From Lama glama (lineage: Eukaryota), in the NCBI GenBank assembly GCA_028534125.1, contig CM052818.1:39062001-39126000 (forward strand): a stretch of DNA of 64,000 bases, given 5' to 3'. A program made the translations under genes and the position numbers. The notes under the pieces were generated by a model. It was not told the DNA's origin and did not search any database. It worked only from the letters and a program-made list of their open reading frames with translations. Every line of letters begins with the position of its first letter. The stretch's first letter is position 1. This document shows, piece after piece, positions 40,480 through 51,011 of this stretch.

Positions 40480-40489
40480 GTGTGCGTGT

Positions 40490-40537
<48 letters not shown>
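40480..40537. repeat. (TG)n microsatellite
   Basis: Visible directly. Confidence 0.95.
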
Positions 40538-40540
<3 letters not shown>

Positions 40541-41239
40541 GGAGAGTGACAGAGAGAGAGAAGTCAATGCCTGCCTAACACCCTCCATGACAGCCTCGGG
40601 CCACATTCACACTCCATACCTTGGCGCCCTCTCCTGCCGCTCCCTCCCCCGTGTGGCCGGAGCCACTTTGCTCATGCAGTGCCCTCTGCCTTGGGGGCCC
40701 TTCCCTTTCTGCTCTGTGAGACAAGTCCTACTTGTCATTAGAAGCTCCCACCTTCTCAGGGGCCTCCTCTCAACTCACCTGGCCTGACTGCCTGGCTCCT
40801 ATCGGATGATTATCTGTCTGTCTGTATTTCCATCTGTCTGAGAGCAAACACCATCTCCTTCTCCAGTGACCCCACAGCTTAGTCCTGACACTTACTTAAA
40901 GGAATTCCTTTCCAGCTTCACCAACACTCCATTCCATGGGATTCTAAGAGGTGGGTGTGGAGATAAATATGGTATCCACGAGAGCTCGTGGGGGTTCTGT
41001 GTCAACATAGCTGTTTTTCCTGATTAGGCCTCAACGTTTGGTCAAGGGAGGGGGTGGGGTCAACACATAACATGTGGTCTGGGGAGAGAGTTCTGGTCCC
41101 CAGGGATTATCAGTTGGCAGGGGTGAGACCTGGGAAAACAAGCTGTCCAAATTAAAGACATTGTCTTCTAGTCTCTGTAGAAGCAGCTTTGATCCTGAAA
41201 TCATGGGCTGGTTCCAGAAGCAACCTTAACACCAATAGC

Positions 41240-41440
41240 TGCAAAGTACAGAATAGTTACTAAAGGGCCCGGGGCTAAATGCTTTACATATAACATCTCA
41301 TGTCACCCTCATCACAACCGTATCAGGAAGGTACTATTATTATACCCATCTTACAGATGAAGAAACTGAGACTTAGAAAGGTTATAGGACTTGTCCAGGG
41401 AGGCAGGGCGAGAGTTCAAATCCAGTCTGATGCCAGAGTT
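41240..41440 (-). mobile_element. MIR SINE
   Basis: MIR core attatacccatcttacagatgaagaaactgagac. Confidence 0.8.
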
Positions 41441-41698
41441 TGGAACTGGACCCTCACCGGGCCCAGGAGCTGGTGGGTGAGCTAGAAATGCACACACTTC
41501 ACGACTCGTAGCTTCAGCTGGTCTTTGCCATGAAGAGATGTGGGTCCAGCATTACTAGCTCTTCTGATTCTTCTAGAATATAGGAATCTGCATTCTCATG
41601 TGCACTCACGTCATGGATATCTCCTTTTTAAAAACACTGTGAGGGCAAAACACTATCCTAGGAGCTATCAGTTTATAACTTTTGCCTAACACAGCCTC

Positions 41699-42118
41699 TG
41701 TAGTGTGTGGACAAAGAATGTTGCCTGCCATCTCAGTAAACAAAAGATGTGGCCACCAAGCCATCAGCCACTGCAGCTGCCCCGGCCCCCACAGTGCCCT
41801 GAGGGGAACTCAGGCCCTAGGTAGTTAAGGTGCATATCAAAGGAATAATCTCAATAAACCCAGATTCTTGCATCTTCGCAAACATAGAAAAACACTAAAT
41901 GTATTAACTTGAGATGTCTGTTTTTTGTGATTAGCGGTAATCTTTTGATTTCCAACTACATTTTTTTTTTCAGCAAAAACTATCGTGACTCTTCCCTTGC
42001 CTCTTAGGAACAGTGGCTCAGAGCCATCTTGTCCCGGGTTTAAGTCCTCAGTAACTCTGCTGGATAAATGAACTCAGGAGTTTCAGGTTGTGCTTTTTTT
42101 TTTTTCTCCCAGTTGACA
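41699..42118 (+). mobile_element. ERV-type solo LTR
   Basis: TG...CA termini, ~420 bp, with LTR-like motifs (cagtaaacaaaagatgtggccaccaagccatcagccactgcag; gtcctcagtaa; ggttgtgcttttt...agttgaca). No clear TSD. Confidence 0.6.
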
Positions 42119-42189
42119 AATTGAATTCAAAGTTACTTTCTGTGGAGTCTATGGAATCTGCATATGTATCCTGGGGCTAGACGTTGAGG

Positions 42190-42192
<3 letters not shown>

Positions 42193-42225
<33 letters not shown>

Positions 42226-42236
42226 TGTGTGTGTGT
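42193..42236. repeat. (TG)n microsatellite
   Basis: Visible directly. Confidence 0.95.
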
Positions 42237-42559
42237 ACACACGTGTGTGCATACACACAGGAATCTGCACCCACATAACACCTTGACTTCTACAGCCCAA
42301 CTGGAGCCAGCTCAGGATCTCCCCCGGGGGGCTTTAGAAAGCTTAACTTTTCTATTGTTTCTATTTACCCGGCCTGGTGCCAACGAAGGTGCTAAGTGGT
42401 GTATATGTGATTTCTCCTTCAATCTTCACAACAGTTGGAGTTCAGAATGCTTAAGGAACTTGCCTCAGGTCACATGGGGAGCAGGCAGTAAAGCTCAAGT
42501 TCAAACTCCAGTCTCTCTGCCTCCCCCAGTCCCACTGTCACATCTCCAGCATCACTAAC

Positions 42560-42745
42560 CTGCAGGGAGCACTTATGTGTGTGCCAGGCACCCTGCGGAC
42601 TCCTGCACAGTGCTTATCTCATTTAATCGTCTCAACAGCTCTGAGGTAGGCACTAATATTTCCTCAGTTCACAGAGGAGCATATTAAAGCACAGAGAGGT
42701 TAAATTCCTTGCTCAAGGTCACACAGCTAAAGTAGTGCTAAGAAT
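42560..42745 (-). mobile_element. MIR SINE
   Basis: tatctcatttaatcgtctcaacagctctgaggtagg...gcacagagaggttaaattccttgctcaaggtcacacagct. Confidence 0.8.
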
Positions 42746-42869
42746 TTGTGGGAGGAAATTGCTTATAGTTGTCAGCTGGGAGGGTCGGGGAGGGGAGGGG
42801 ACAGCCTTGGCCCCCAGCTTCTCTGCTCCCCTGCCCTATGCACAGCAGCATCAGTGCCCCTTCAGAATA

Positions 42870-43135
42870 CCGGGCTGAGTCAGAGAGCCAGGCGGCTTCT
42901 CAGATACCAGGTCATTGGAGATAGCCACGTGGGGACGGGCTGGTGTGGGCCAGGGGCAAGCGGGCCCCACCCCAGGAAGTGGCTCAGGATGAATAGGCCT
43001 GGCTGCACCTGGGCAGGTGTGGCTGGCATCGGCACACCTGCCTGCGGGAGAGCTTCCTGTCCAAGTTTCCGACAAAGGCTGCTCCCGAGAACTGAGTCAC
43101 GGGCCACAGAAGGGTTCTCCTCATGACTTCAGCGC
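42870..43135. promoter_or_regulatory. Candidate SDC1 far-upstream enhancer (FiRE-like)
   Basis: Non-repeat GC-rich patch with AP-1 TGAGTCA (42876, 43093), CACGTG (42926), ETS CAGGAAGT (42973) and E-boxes (43006, 43014, 43035); ~8 kb upstream of the SDC1 ATG. Confidence 0.6.
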
Positions 43136-43681
43136 CCAGCGGTGCCCCAGCCTGGGCGGCCACTTCACACACTGATGTGAGCTATTTACATAAACCAGGT
43201 GGAAAGATGCCACCACTGATTTTCAGAATTGCATGCTTCCTCTCCCTCATCCAACTCCAAGCCTCATCACATTCTACCTCCTCCACAGTCTTCCATCCTG
43301 CCCCCTCCCCCATCTTCACTGCCATCCCCTCTAGGCCAGCTGGTCCTCTCTCTCTGCTGGCTTTCCCTGTGTCCCCACCGGTGGTCTCCATCCCTGCAGC
43401 CCATCCTCCACCCAGTGGCTGGAGGATCTTTCTATCACAAAACCCCAATCGAGTCCCTCCTCTGCTCAGTGGTGCCTCTGCCCAGGGCGTGGCCCAGCAG
43501 TGGAGGCTCTCTCTCTCTGATCCAGCTCTCCAGAGGCCTTGTGCTCTGGCCAATCCAGGCCAATGCAGACTCCTTCCAGTTCCAGGACATTCTGAAGCTA
43601 TTTCTTGCTTCCCTGCCTGTTCTGTGCAGGATTCCCCATCTGGAACCTGGTGGGGAATGGCCTTTCACCACTCTCCCTGCC

Positions 43682-44185
43682 TATAGTAGTTGGCTGAATA
43701 ATGATCCCCAAATAGCCATGTCCTAATCCCTGGATCTGGTAAAAGTTACTTTACGCTGGGGGGACCATCAGAGGGAGGGGTCTTTTGTAGATATGCAGAT
43801 ATGATTCAGTTAAGCATTTTGAGATGGGGAGATTATCTTGGATTATCCAGGTGGCTTCTAGAGGAAATCAATCACCTACATCCTTATAAGAGGAAGGCAG
43901 AGGGAGATTTTATGACACAAAGATGAAATGTGAAGACAGAGCAGAGAGACTGGAATATTGGAGTGCGGCAGACACAAGCCAAGCAATGCTGGCAACCACC
44001 AGTCAGAAGGGACAGTCTCCCCGAGAGCCTCTGCAGGGAGTGCAGGCCTGCCAGCACCATAATTTCAGCCCAGTGAAACTGATTTGGGGCTTCTGGCTTC
44101 CAGAAATGTAAAAGAATAAATATGTGTTATTTTAAGCAGCCAAATTTGTCGTAATTCGTTACACCAGCCGCAGGAAACGGATACA
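43682..44185 (+). mobile_element. MLT1D-like MaLR solo LTR
   Basis: gagatggggagattatcttggattatccaggtgg...aagaataaatatgtgttattttaagc...aggaaacggataca. Confidence 0.85.
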
Positions 44186-44651
44186 CTGCAAAACCCTCTT
44201 TTCATCTAAGAAAAGACTCAATTGGCTCCTCCAACCCAGAGCCATAGCCTCATCAATGAAACTTTTGGGAAACTTTTCTCTGCATTCTGAATTCATTGTT
44301 CTGTCCAGCTATCAAGAAACAGGCTGATGTGACAGGCACTGCTTTGTTTTATAAGGATTGTTTACATCTGTTTCTCTCTTCAAACTGTGAGCTCCTCGAA
44401 CCTGAGAACCTTCTGTTTTTATTTTGTGCTTCTAGCATCCAGTCGGGGGCTGATCCCAGCAGCTACTACTGCAGCTGTCACTGCAGCATTGCCTAAATCC
44501 AGGGGCACATTCAGGCTGAGTGCTGTGGGATGTGAATCCTTAAGGGTAGAATTCCAAGAGATCTTCAGCCTGGAAGGTGCTGGAGATGGTGCTTCCAGGA
44601 GCTGGGCAGCTTTGGACACATTTGTCAAATGAATGAACTACTATACTCCAT

Positions 44652-44714
44652 GAAGAAAGGAAGGAAGGGAGGGAGGGAGGAAGGAAAGGAAGAAAGGAAG
44701 AAAGGAAGAAAGGA

Positions 44715-44789
<75 letters not shown>

Positions 44790-44919
44790 GGAGAAAGGGA
44801 GGAAGGAAGGAAGGAAGAAAAAAGAGAAAGAAAGAAAGAAAAGGAAGGAAGGAAGGAAGAGGGAGGGAGGGAGAGAAAGAAAAAGAAGGAAGGGAAGGAA
44901 GGAAGGAAGAAAAAAATAT

Positions 44920-44997
<78 letters not shown>

Positions 44998-45024
44998 GAA
45001 GGAAGGAAGGAAGGAAGGAAGGGA
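44652..45024. repeat. Compound (GAAA)n/(GGAA)n polypurine tract
   Basis: ~370 nt, all A/G except two T. Confidence 0.97.
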
Positions 45025-45899
45025 CTACTCTCATACACAAAGTGTCCTTAGGCCTCCCTAGGGTGATGGCATGGGTAGCAGAGGCATTAGGTGATAAGCA
45101 TGGTCCCCAAGGCAAGTAACACTCTGCTTTGACAAGTAAATTCCAATGATATTTACGAAGGATGTATTTATTCTCTCTCCCCTGCTGACATTCTATCAAA
45201 TATTAGAGGCAACTTAGAAGGTGAGGGAGAGGGTCTTCTTGCAGAGCTCGCATGGAGATTGGGGGCATGCCTGCCTACCAGCCCGTGAGAGCAGCCCCCA
45301 GGAGCTCGAGAGAGGGAAAGGGCCTGCCTGGGCTTCAAACTGAAAACATGCCCTCACTCAGGTTAAGACCTTTCTTTTCTGTACTTCTTCTTGGGACAGA
45401 GGTTGTTAGGTAACTTGAGTCAAATTCAGAATTTAATGCACAGTGCAGGACCAGGACACTGGTTAGTGCTTATAGGTGCTTATTAGCAGCATCTTCAGAG
45501 CCATTCCTATCTCCATCCTCCCCCGGAACAACTGTCCTCCCCACACTCCCTTGGGTCAGGTGTAGAAGACGGAATTGATCAGTGCATTGTTAGGATTAGA
45601 TTTGTTGGTGAGGCATATATAAAGAATATGAGTGTCTGAAGCAAAGCAGAAGTCTACTTCTCCATCATGAGTACGTCGGGGTGGCAGTCCAGGGCTGGTA
45701 TGGTACTTCATGGGTCAGATACCCACACTCCTTCTAACCTGTTTCTCTGTGGTGCATGCTTTTGTTCCCATGTTCAAGTGGCCGTGAGCCCAGCTGAAAT
45801 CTAGGGGTTCTTTTACTGAAAAAGCAGAGGAAAACAGATGTGGAAAGCAACCAGTAGCATCTGCCCAAGCATCCAGTAACAAAAGGCTTCAGTAAAATG

Positions 45900-46480
45900 T
45901 TTCATAACTGGAGGGCCATTCAAAATCAAAATGCCAATGAGATATCGTTTTACCTGCATCAGACTGGCACAGTACAAAAGGTCCAACAAATGCCAAGTCA
46001 TATAGATTGTAGAAAAATTTGAACTCTCATAATTGCTGCTGAAAGTGTAAATTGCTGTAAGCCCCTTGGAGAGCAATTTGTTTAGAGAAATTGCTTAGAA
46101 CTATTCCTAAGAAAGCTAAAAATATTTATACCTATAACCCAGGAGCTGTATCTACTTCTAGAGGAAGACTCGCATGCACTTGAGGACACAGGTACTCGAA
46201 CTGACTGTAGTATAGTGTGTAATATTGAAAAACTGGAAACAACCAAACGTCCATGGATAAATAAATTGTGGCATAAGTACGCAACGAATTATAGTACAGC
46301 AATTAAGATAAATGACCCAAAGGCAAGTGTATCAACATGGATAAATCTCAAAACATAAACTGAGGAGACTCGGTTGAATCTGTAATGTTTCATTTCATAG
46401 AAAAAAGAAAAGAAAAAAGATGTGAAGATTTGATAAACGGGGTGGTATTTGCATAGGTTTTCATTATATTATTCTTTTTT
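45900..46480 (+). mobile_element. Old L1ME-like fragment
   Basis: caaaatgccaatgagatatcgttttacc...aaaactggaaacaaccaaacgtcc...tatcaacatggataaatctcaaaaca. Confidence 0.65.
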
Positions 46481-46509
46481 TTCAGGATTGCCACTGAAGG
46501 GTTGGTTTT

Positions 46510-47145
46510 TTTTTTTTGCACTTTTTTAATTGTAAAATATCCATAACAAAATTTACCATTTTAATCATTGTAAGTGTACAGTTCACTGGCATTAAGTCCA
46601 TTCACACTGTTTTGCGACAGTTATCACCATCCATCTACAGAACTTCTTTCATCTCCCCAAAATAAAACTCTGTATCCATTAAACAATAATGCCTCATTGT
46701 CCCCTCCCTCCATCCTTAGCAACCACCATTCTACTTTCTGTTTCTGTGAGTTTGGCTAGTCTAGGAACCTCGTATAAGTGGAATCATGCAGTGTTTGTCC
46801 TTTTGTGACTGGTTTATTTAACTGAGAAGAAAGTCTTCAAGGTTCATCAGTGTCGTAACATGTGTCAGAATCTCCTTCCCTTTTAGGGCTGAATGATATC
46901 CCATTGTATGCATGTGCCACAGTTTGTTTGTCCATTCATCTGTCAATGGACACTTGGGCTTCTTCCTTCCACCTTTTGGCTATTGTGAATAATGCTGCCA
47001 TGAATACATGTGTACAAATACCTTCAAATTTGTGTTCAAAAAGCAGTTCGAGTCTGAGCTTTTAATTCTTCTGGGTATACATTCAGAAGTGGAATTGCTA
47101 GATCACATGATAATTCTATTTTTACTTTTCTTAGGAACATTATTT
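46510..47145 (-). mobile_element. L1MB-like 3' end, antisense
   Basis: Poly-T, aaaatttaccattttaatcatt...gtgtacagttca...ttccaccttttggctattgtgaataatgctgc. Confidence 0.85.
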
Positions 47146-50100
47146 TTACTATGTGTTTGAAATGCTTCACAAAAATATAATTAAAGGTCTTTTAAAATGC
47201 TTCATGGTGGGTAGAAATTACTATAAAAAATGTTATATAGTATTGAAGTAAGAATGCCTTTGCATACATCTGATACTCTTTAAGAAGTCAAAATATTTAG
47301 TGGACTTGGCATTGGCTTCCCCAAATCCAAGCCCCTAGAAGGTTAATCTATACCCACACTGGTACTCAAGCTCCCCTTGCCAGTGATGGCTTCATGAAGG
47401 CATGGGACCCACTTCCAGCCAGTGAGATGGGAAAAGAAAGATGTGTGTGTTGGGGGAGTGAGAGGAACTTCAAAGAACCAATTCCTTACTCCTAAGAAAG
47501 ACAACAGGAGAAGGTGGCCTTGTTCCTGGGTGTGGCTATATTAGTATCGATGGCTAGAAACAATGCCTCCATCTTGCCACCATCTTGTGGTGGAGCCACA
47601 GCGGAGACGACAGAACCAGAGGGTGGCAAGGGCTTACGTTCCAGTGTTGCGGAGTTTGTTGTTGGGTGGGTAGCGCAGGTCCAGGTAGATTCAATAAATA
47701 CCCTATTATTCAAGCTGCTTGAGGGGAAGCTATTCGTGGAGGCTGAAAGCATCTTCACTGATTACGTTAATAACTTCTAAGTTAAAAAAATTAAACAAGT
47801 CATATATTCTCATTACAAACACTTAAGAATACAAAGTAAACTTAAAAGTTCTCCTTCACTTTCCCCATCCCCTTTCTCTCCCTTAGACTTTTTTTTTTAT
47901 TGCATACATGTACAGTCTACTTACATTACACACATGTTTTTGTTTTAAGAAAATTCTGGCTATACTATATACAGATCATTCTTTAAATTGCTCTTTTTAC
48001 CTACAAATGGATTCTGAAAAATGTTCCATGCCAGGACTTAACCATCTACTTCATTTAAAAAATGTTGTGTTCTATTCCATGGTGTGGGAATACTCACATC
48101 TATTTCACTTTCCCTTTATTAGTGAACATTTAGACATGCCTCTTTGGGTGCTGGTGAAAATACTTATGAAGAGTAAATTCACTGAAGCAGAATTCCTGAG
48201 TCAATGGATAAGTGCACTTTCAGTTTTGATGTCAGCTTGCCCAGAGAATGCATGTGACAGTTTTGGAGTTTAGGCGCCTAACGCATCAAAGGGCAGCCCG
48301 GTGCCAAGGGTCCCCCTCCCCACAGCTGCTGGCCTCTTCCAACCCAGTCTCCTCCAGCTGCCACCCCAGTGGCAGCAGCATGCTTTTCTCCCAGAGTGAA
48401 GCCCCAAGTCCATGGGAAGAATGAGAGAAATGAGGGGAGGAGACACTGGCCTTGCCTTCCAGGAACTTTCTTTGTCTTACGGGTAAAGGAAGCAACAATC
48501 AAGGCAGTTAATGATTCAACAGGGATGATATTAAAAATATTTAAAACCTATGTTAGGAACGCAAATTAGGACAGAGGTCTTGCCTTACTACCTCCTGATG
48601 GGAGGCTAGAAGCTCCCTGCTCAGCCAGACATTAACCCTTTAGTTGTCAGATGTACTAAGGTCTGGAGGATCCCAAGGAAGGGGCTGATGAGTGCAGACA
48701 GGGTGGCCAGACCCGTGTATATGAGCTGACATCCCATGGCATTCCAAGGGGCCACAGAGGATCTGAGACGGCCCAGGTCCTCTGGGATACCAAGAAAGCT
48801 TCTGGGAAGAAGAGACTTTCTTGCAGAATTTGGACTGGGAGGAAAAGCAAGCAAGCCAGGGATCAGCAAGGTCAAGGTAAGCACTGACCCTTTACTTCCT
48901 TTCTCTGTATACGTATACACCCCACCTTAAGGTGACTCCTCTTCCTAACCTGTCCAAAGAAATATACATTGATCGGGGGCAAATTTATTCTGTTTGAAAG
49001 AAACACGAAATTGGTCATTTTTATCACATAAAAAGACTCAATAAAATGCTCCCTGACCCCAATTTTCTTTATTTTGTGTAGTAGAGAAAGGCAAGGTTCT
49101 AAACGAAGCTACTTTTAAGGGCTAGAGAGCTGACCTCAGATCGTGAGCCAGTCCCTGGCTGACCCACTCATGGCCTTCTACTAAAAAGGCCTTTAAACCC
49201 ACCAGCACCTCCTGAGCTCCTTGGAGGGGCCCTGCCTGGTGTCATGCTGTTGGATGATCCTCAAAACCAAGGCCCTAAGAGCCACATCAGGCCCTGAGAA
49301 CCCGGATGAGAATTTATCATCCACTATAGATAGACCAGGGGACACTGAGACCCCAAGATGGAGAGCTGCCTTAGTTCAAACAGGTATACAGGAACATGGG
49401 CAAAACTAGGCCTGAGTGCTGTTGGGGAGGGAGGGGCAACACCTTTTAGTGTCTGGTGGAGGGGCATGGCTAAGATGGGGACCAGGAGGCTGCTTAGCTC
49501 AGAGCAAACCTGCAGAGTTGGTAGAGGAGAATCAGAGGGACTGCAGCCAATTGTCCCTGCCTATGTAACGCAGGACCTGGGAGTGTTCAATCCGTTTAAA
49601 GAGAAACACGGGAGACTGACTGAGAGGCCAAGAAGCCTCAGGATATCTATTTGGTTCCCAGTTTTGGCCACTGGGGCGGGACTTGTCCTCTGCCTGAGGA
49701 GGAAGGCAGGGGGTGGGGGGAAGATGCCATCTTTGGTCTCCAGGTCCAAGGTCATTTGGCACCATCTCTCCTGCCTACCAGATTGCAGGCCGGTTCTTCC
49801 CCTTCTCTTTCAAGGCCGTTTGCACTACACCCTCAGGCCTTTCATAGTTTTTTGCACCGAGGTTCCGGATTGATGATGGGAATATTGAAGCTTCTCAGGG
49901 AATCATGTAGGAGCAGAAACGTCAGTGGTGGTTCTCAGATCTGCAAGCTAGGTCACCTGGGCACAGACCCGTTTATTTTTCCTTTTAACTCAGAGGATGA
50001 AGAGAGAGGGCATTGTTTTCTGCAGAAAGACACTGAGAGGTCCTTTTTAAACTTTTTAATTTTTTAACAGCCCTTCCTGAGCATGTCCTGCTGTTTAAAG

Positions 50101-50289
50101 TAAGGCCCCGAGTTTCCAGCATAGGCAGAAGACAAGCGCATGTAGGAACCTGTGCTGGGAAGTGGGGAGAGAGGGAGGGCGCAGAGAACCCCATCTGCAG
50201 CCAGGGAAGGGTCCATCTGTTTAAGGCCCCATCCCTAGGGGACCCTGCAAAGGCTCAGAAAGTGTTTCCTGCCCGCATCTGGGAGTCCA

Positions 50290-50715
50290 GTGCACCTGGA
50301 GGCCGCTCCGTGTCCACGCCCAGAGGGCGCTGCAGACTGGTGCCGACAGTCAATGACCAACTACTGCCCCTCCCGCCCCTCCGCCGGGCAGAGCCTCAAT
50401 ACCCTGGGCCAAGGGGGGAAGTGGGTGCGTCTGGCCCCCACAACCTGGGAATCTGGGAGCAGCGAAGCTGAAACTCCGGGAACCACAGCTTTCGGGGGCC
50501 TTGGCTCTGGAGACAGGCAAGGCTCTGCCACCGTGGTGTGGGACAGGGGCGGGGCTGGGGCTCCGAGGGTGGAGTGTTCCTTGGGGCCGGGCTGGTTGGC
50601 TCAGGGGGCGGGGTCCTAGGGGGTGGGGACTGGGGCTGGCCCCGAGACCTGGCGAGCTGGGGGTGGGGGGCTAGTTTTTGCAACGGCTAAGGGCCTGCGG
50701 GTTTATTAAAAGGCG
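50290..50715 (+). promoter_or_regulatory. SDC1: SDC1 proximal promoter
   Basis: E-box CACCTG (50293), GC boxes (50546, 50605), GT boxes (50619, 50659) and TATA-like TTTATTAAAAG (50702-50712), followed by an ATG-free leader. Confidence 0.8.
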
Positions 50716-50945
50716 GAGCTCGGCGGGAGAGGTGCAGGCGCGAGCCGAGCTGACCAGGGAGGAATCCAGCAGTAGAGAGCGGACTGTAGCCGGCGGAACC
50801 CACAGCCCTTGCCTAGGACAGCCGAGCACTGGGCATCGCTCGAGCGCAAACCGTGGAGCCGACCCAGAGCTCCGCTCAGTCCGCGCAGCGCCGCGCAGCC
50901 CCGACCCGCGCAGTCCGCCGCTCTTGCACCACCGGTCCGGGCAGC

Positions 50946-51011
50946 ATGAGGCACGCGGCGCTCTGGCTCTGTCTTTGCGCGCTGGCGCTGCGCCTGCAGC
51001 CGGCCCTCCCG
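50946..51011 (+). CDS. SDC1: Syndecan-1 exon 1, signal peptide MRHAALWLCLCALALRLQPALP (partial CDS; exon 2 beyond the window)
   Basis: AGCATGAGG start, 22 codons matching the syndecan-1 signal peptide, donor CCG|gtgagt. Position downstream of PUM2 in the same orientation matches known mammalian synteny. Confidence 0.95.

Noticed and set aside
42746..43726. Cluster of 120-190 aa ORFs suggesting a hidden gene
   Set aside because: GC-rich unique and old-repeat DNA with no coherent exon structure or recognisable domain. The motif content fits an enhancer better.
44540..45199. ORFs of 137-219 aa rich in F/L/S or K/E/R
   Set aside because: Translations of the (GAAA)n/(GGAA)n microsatellite, which has no stop codons.
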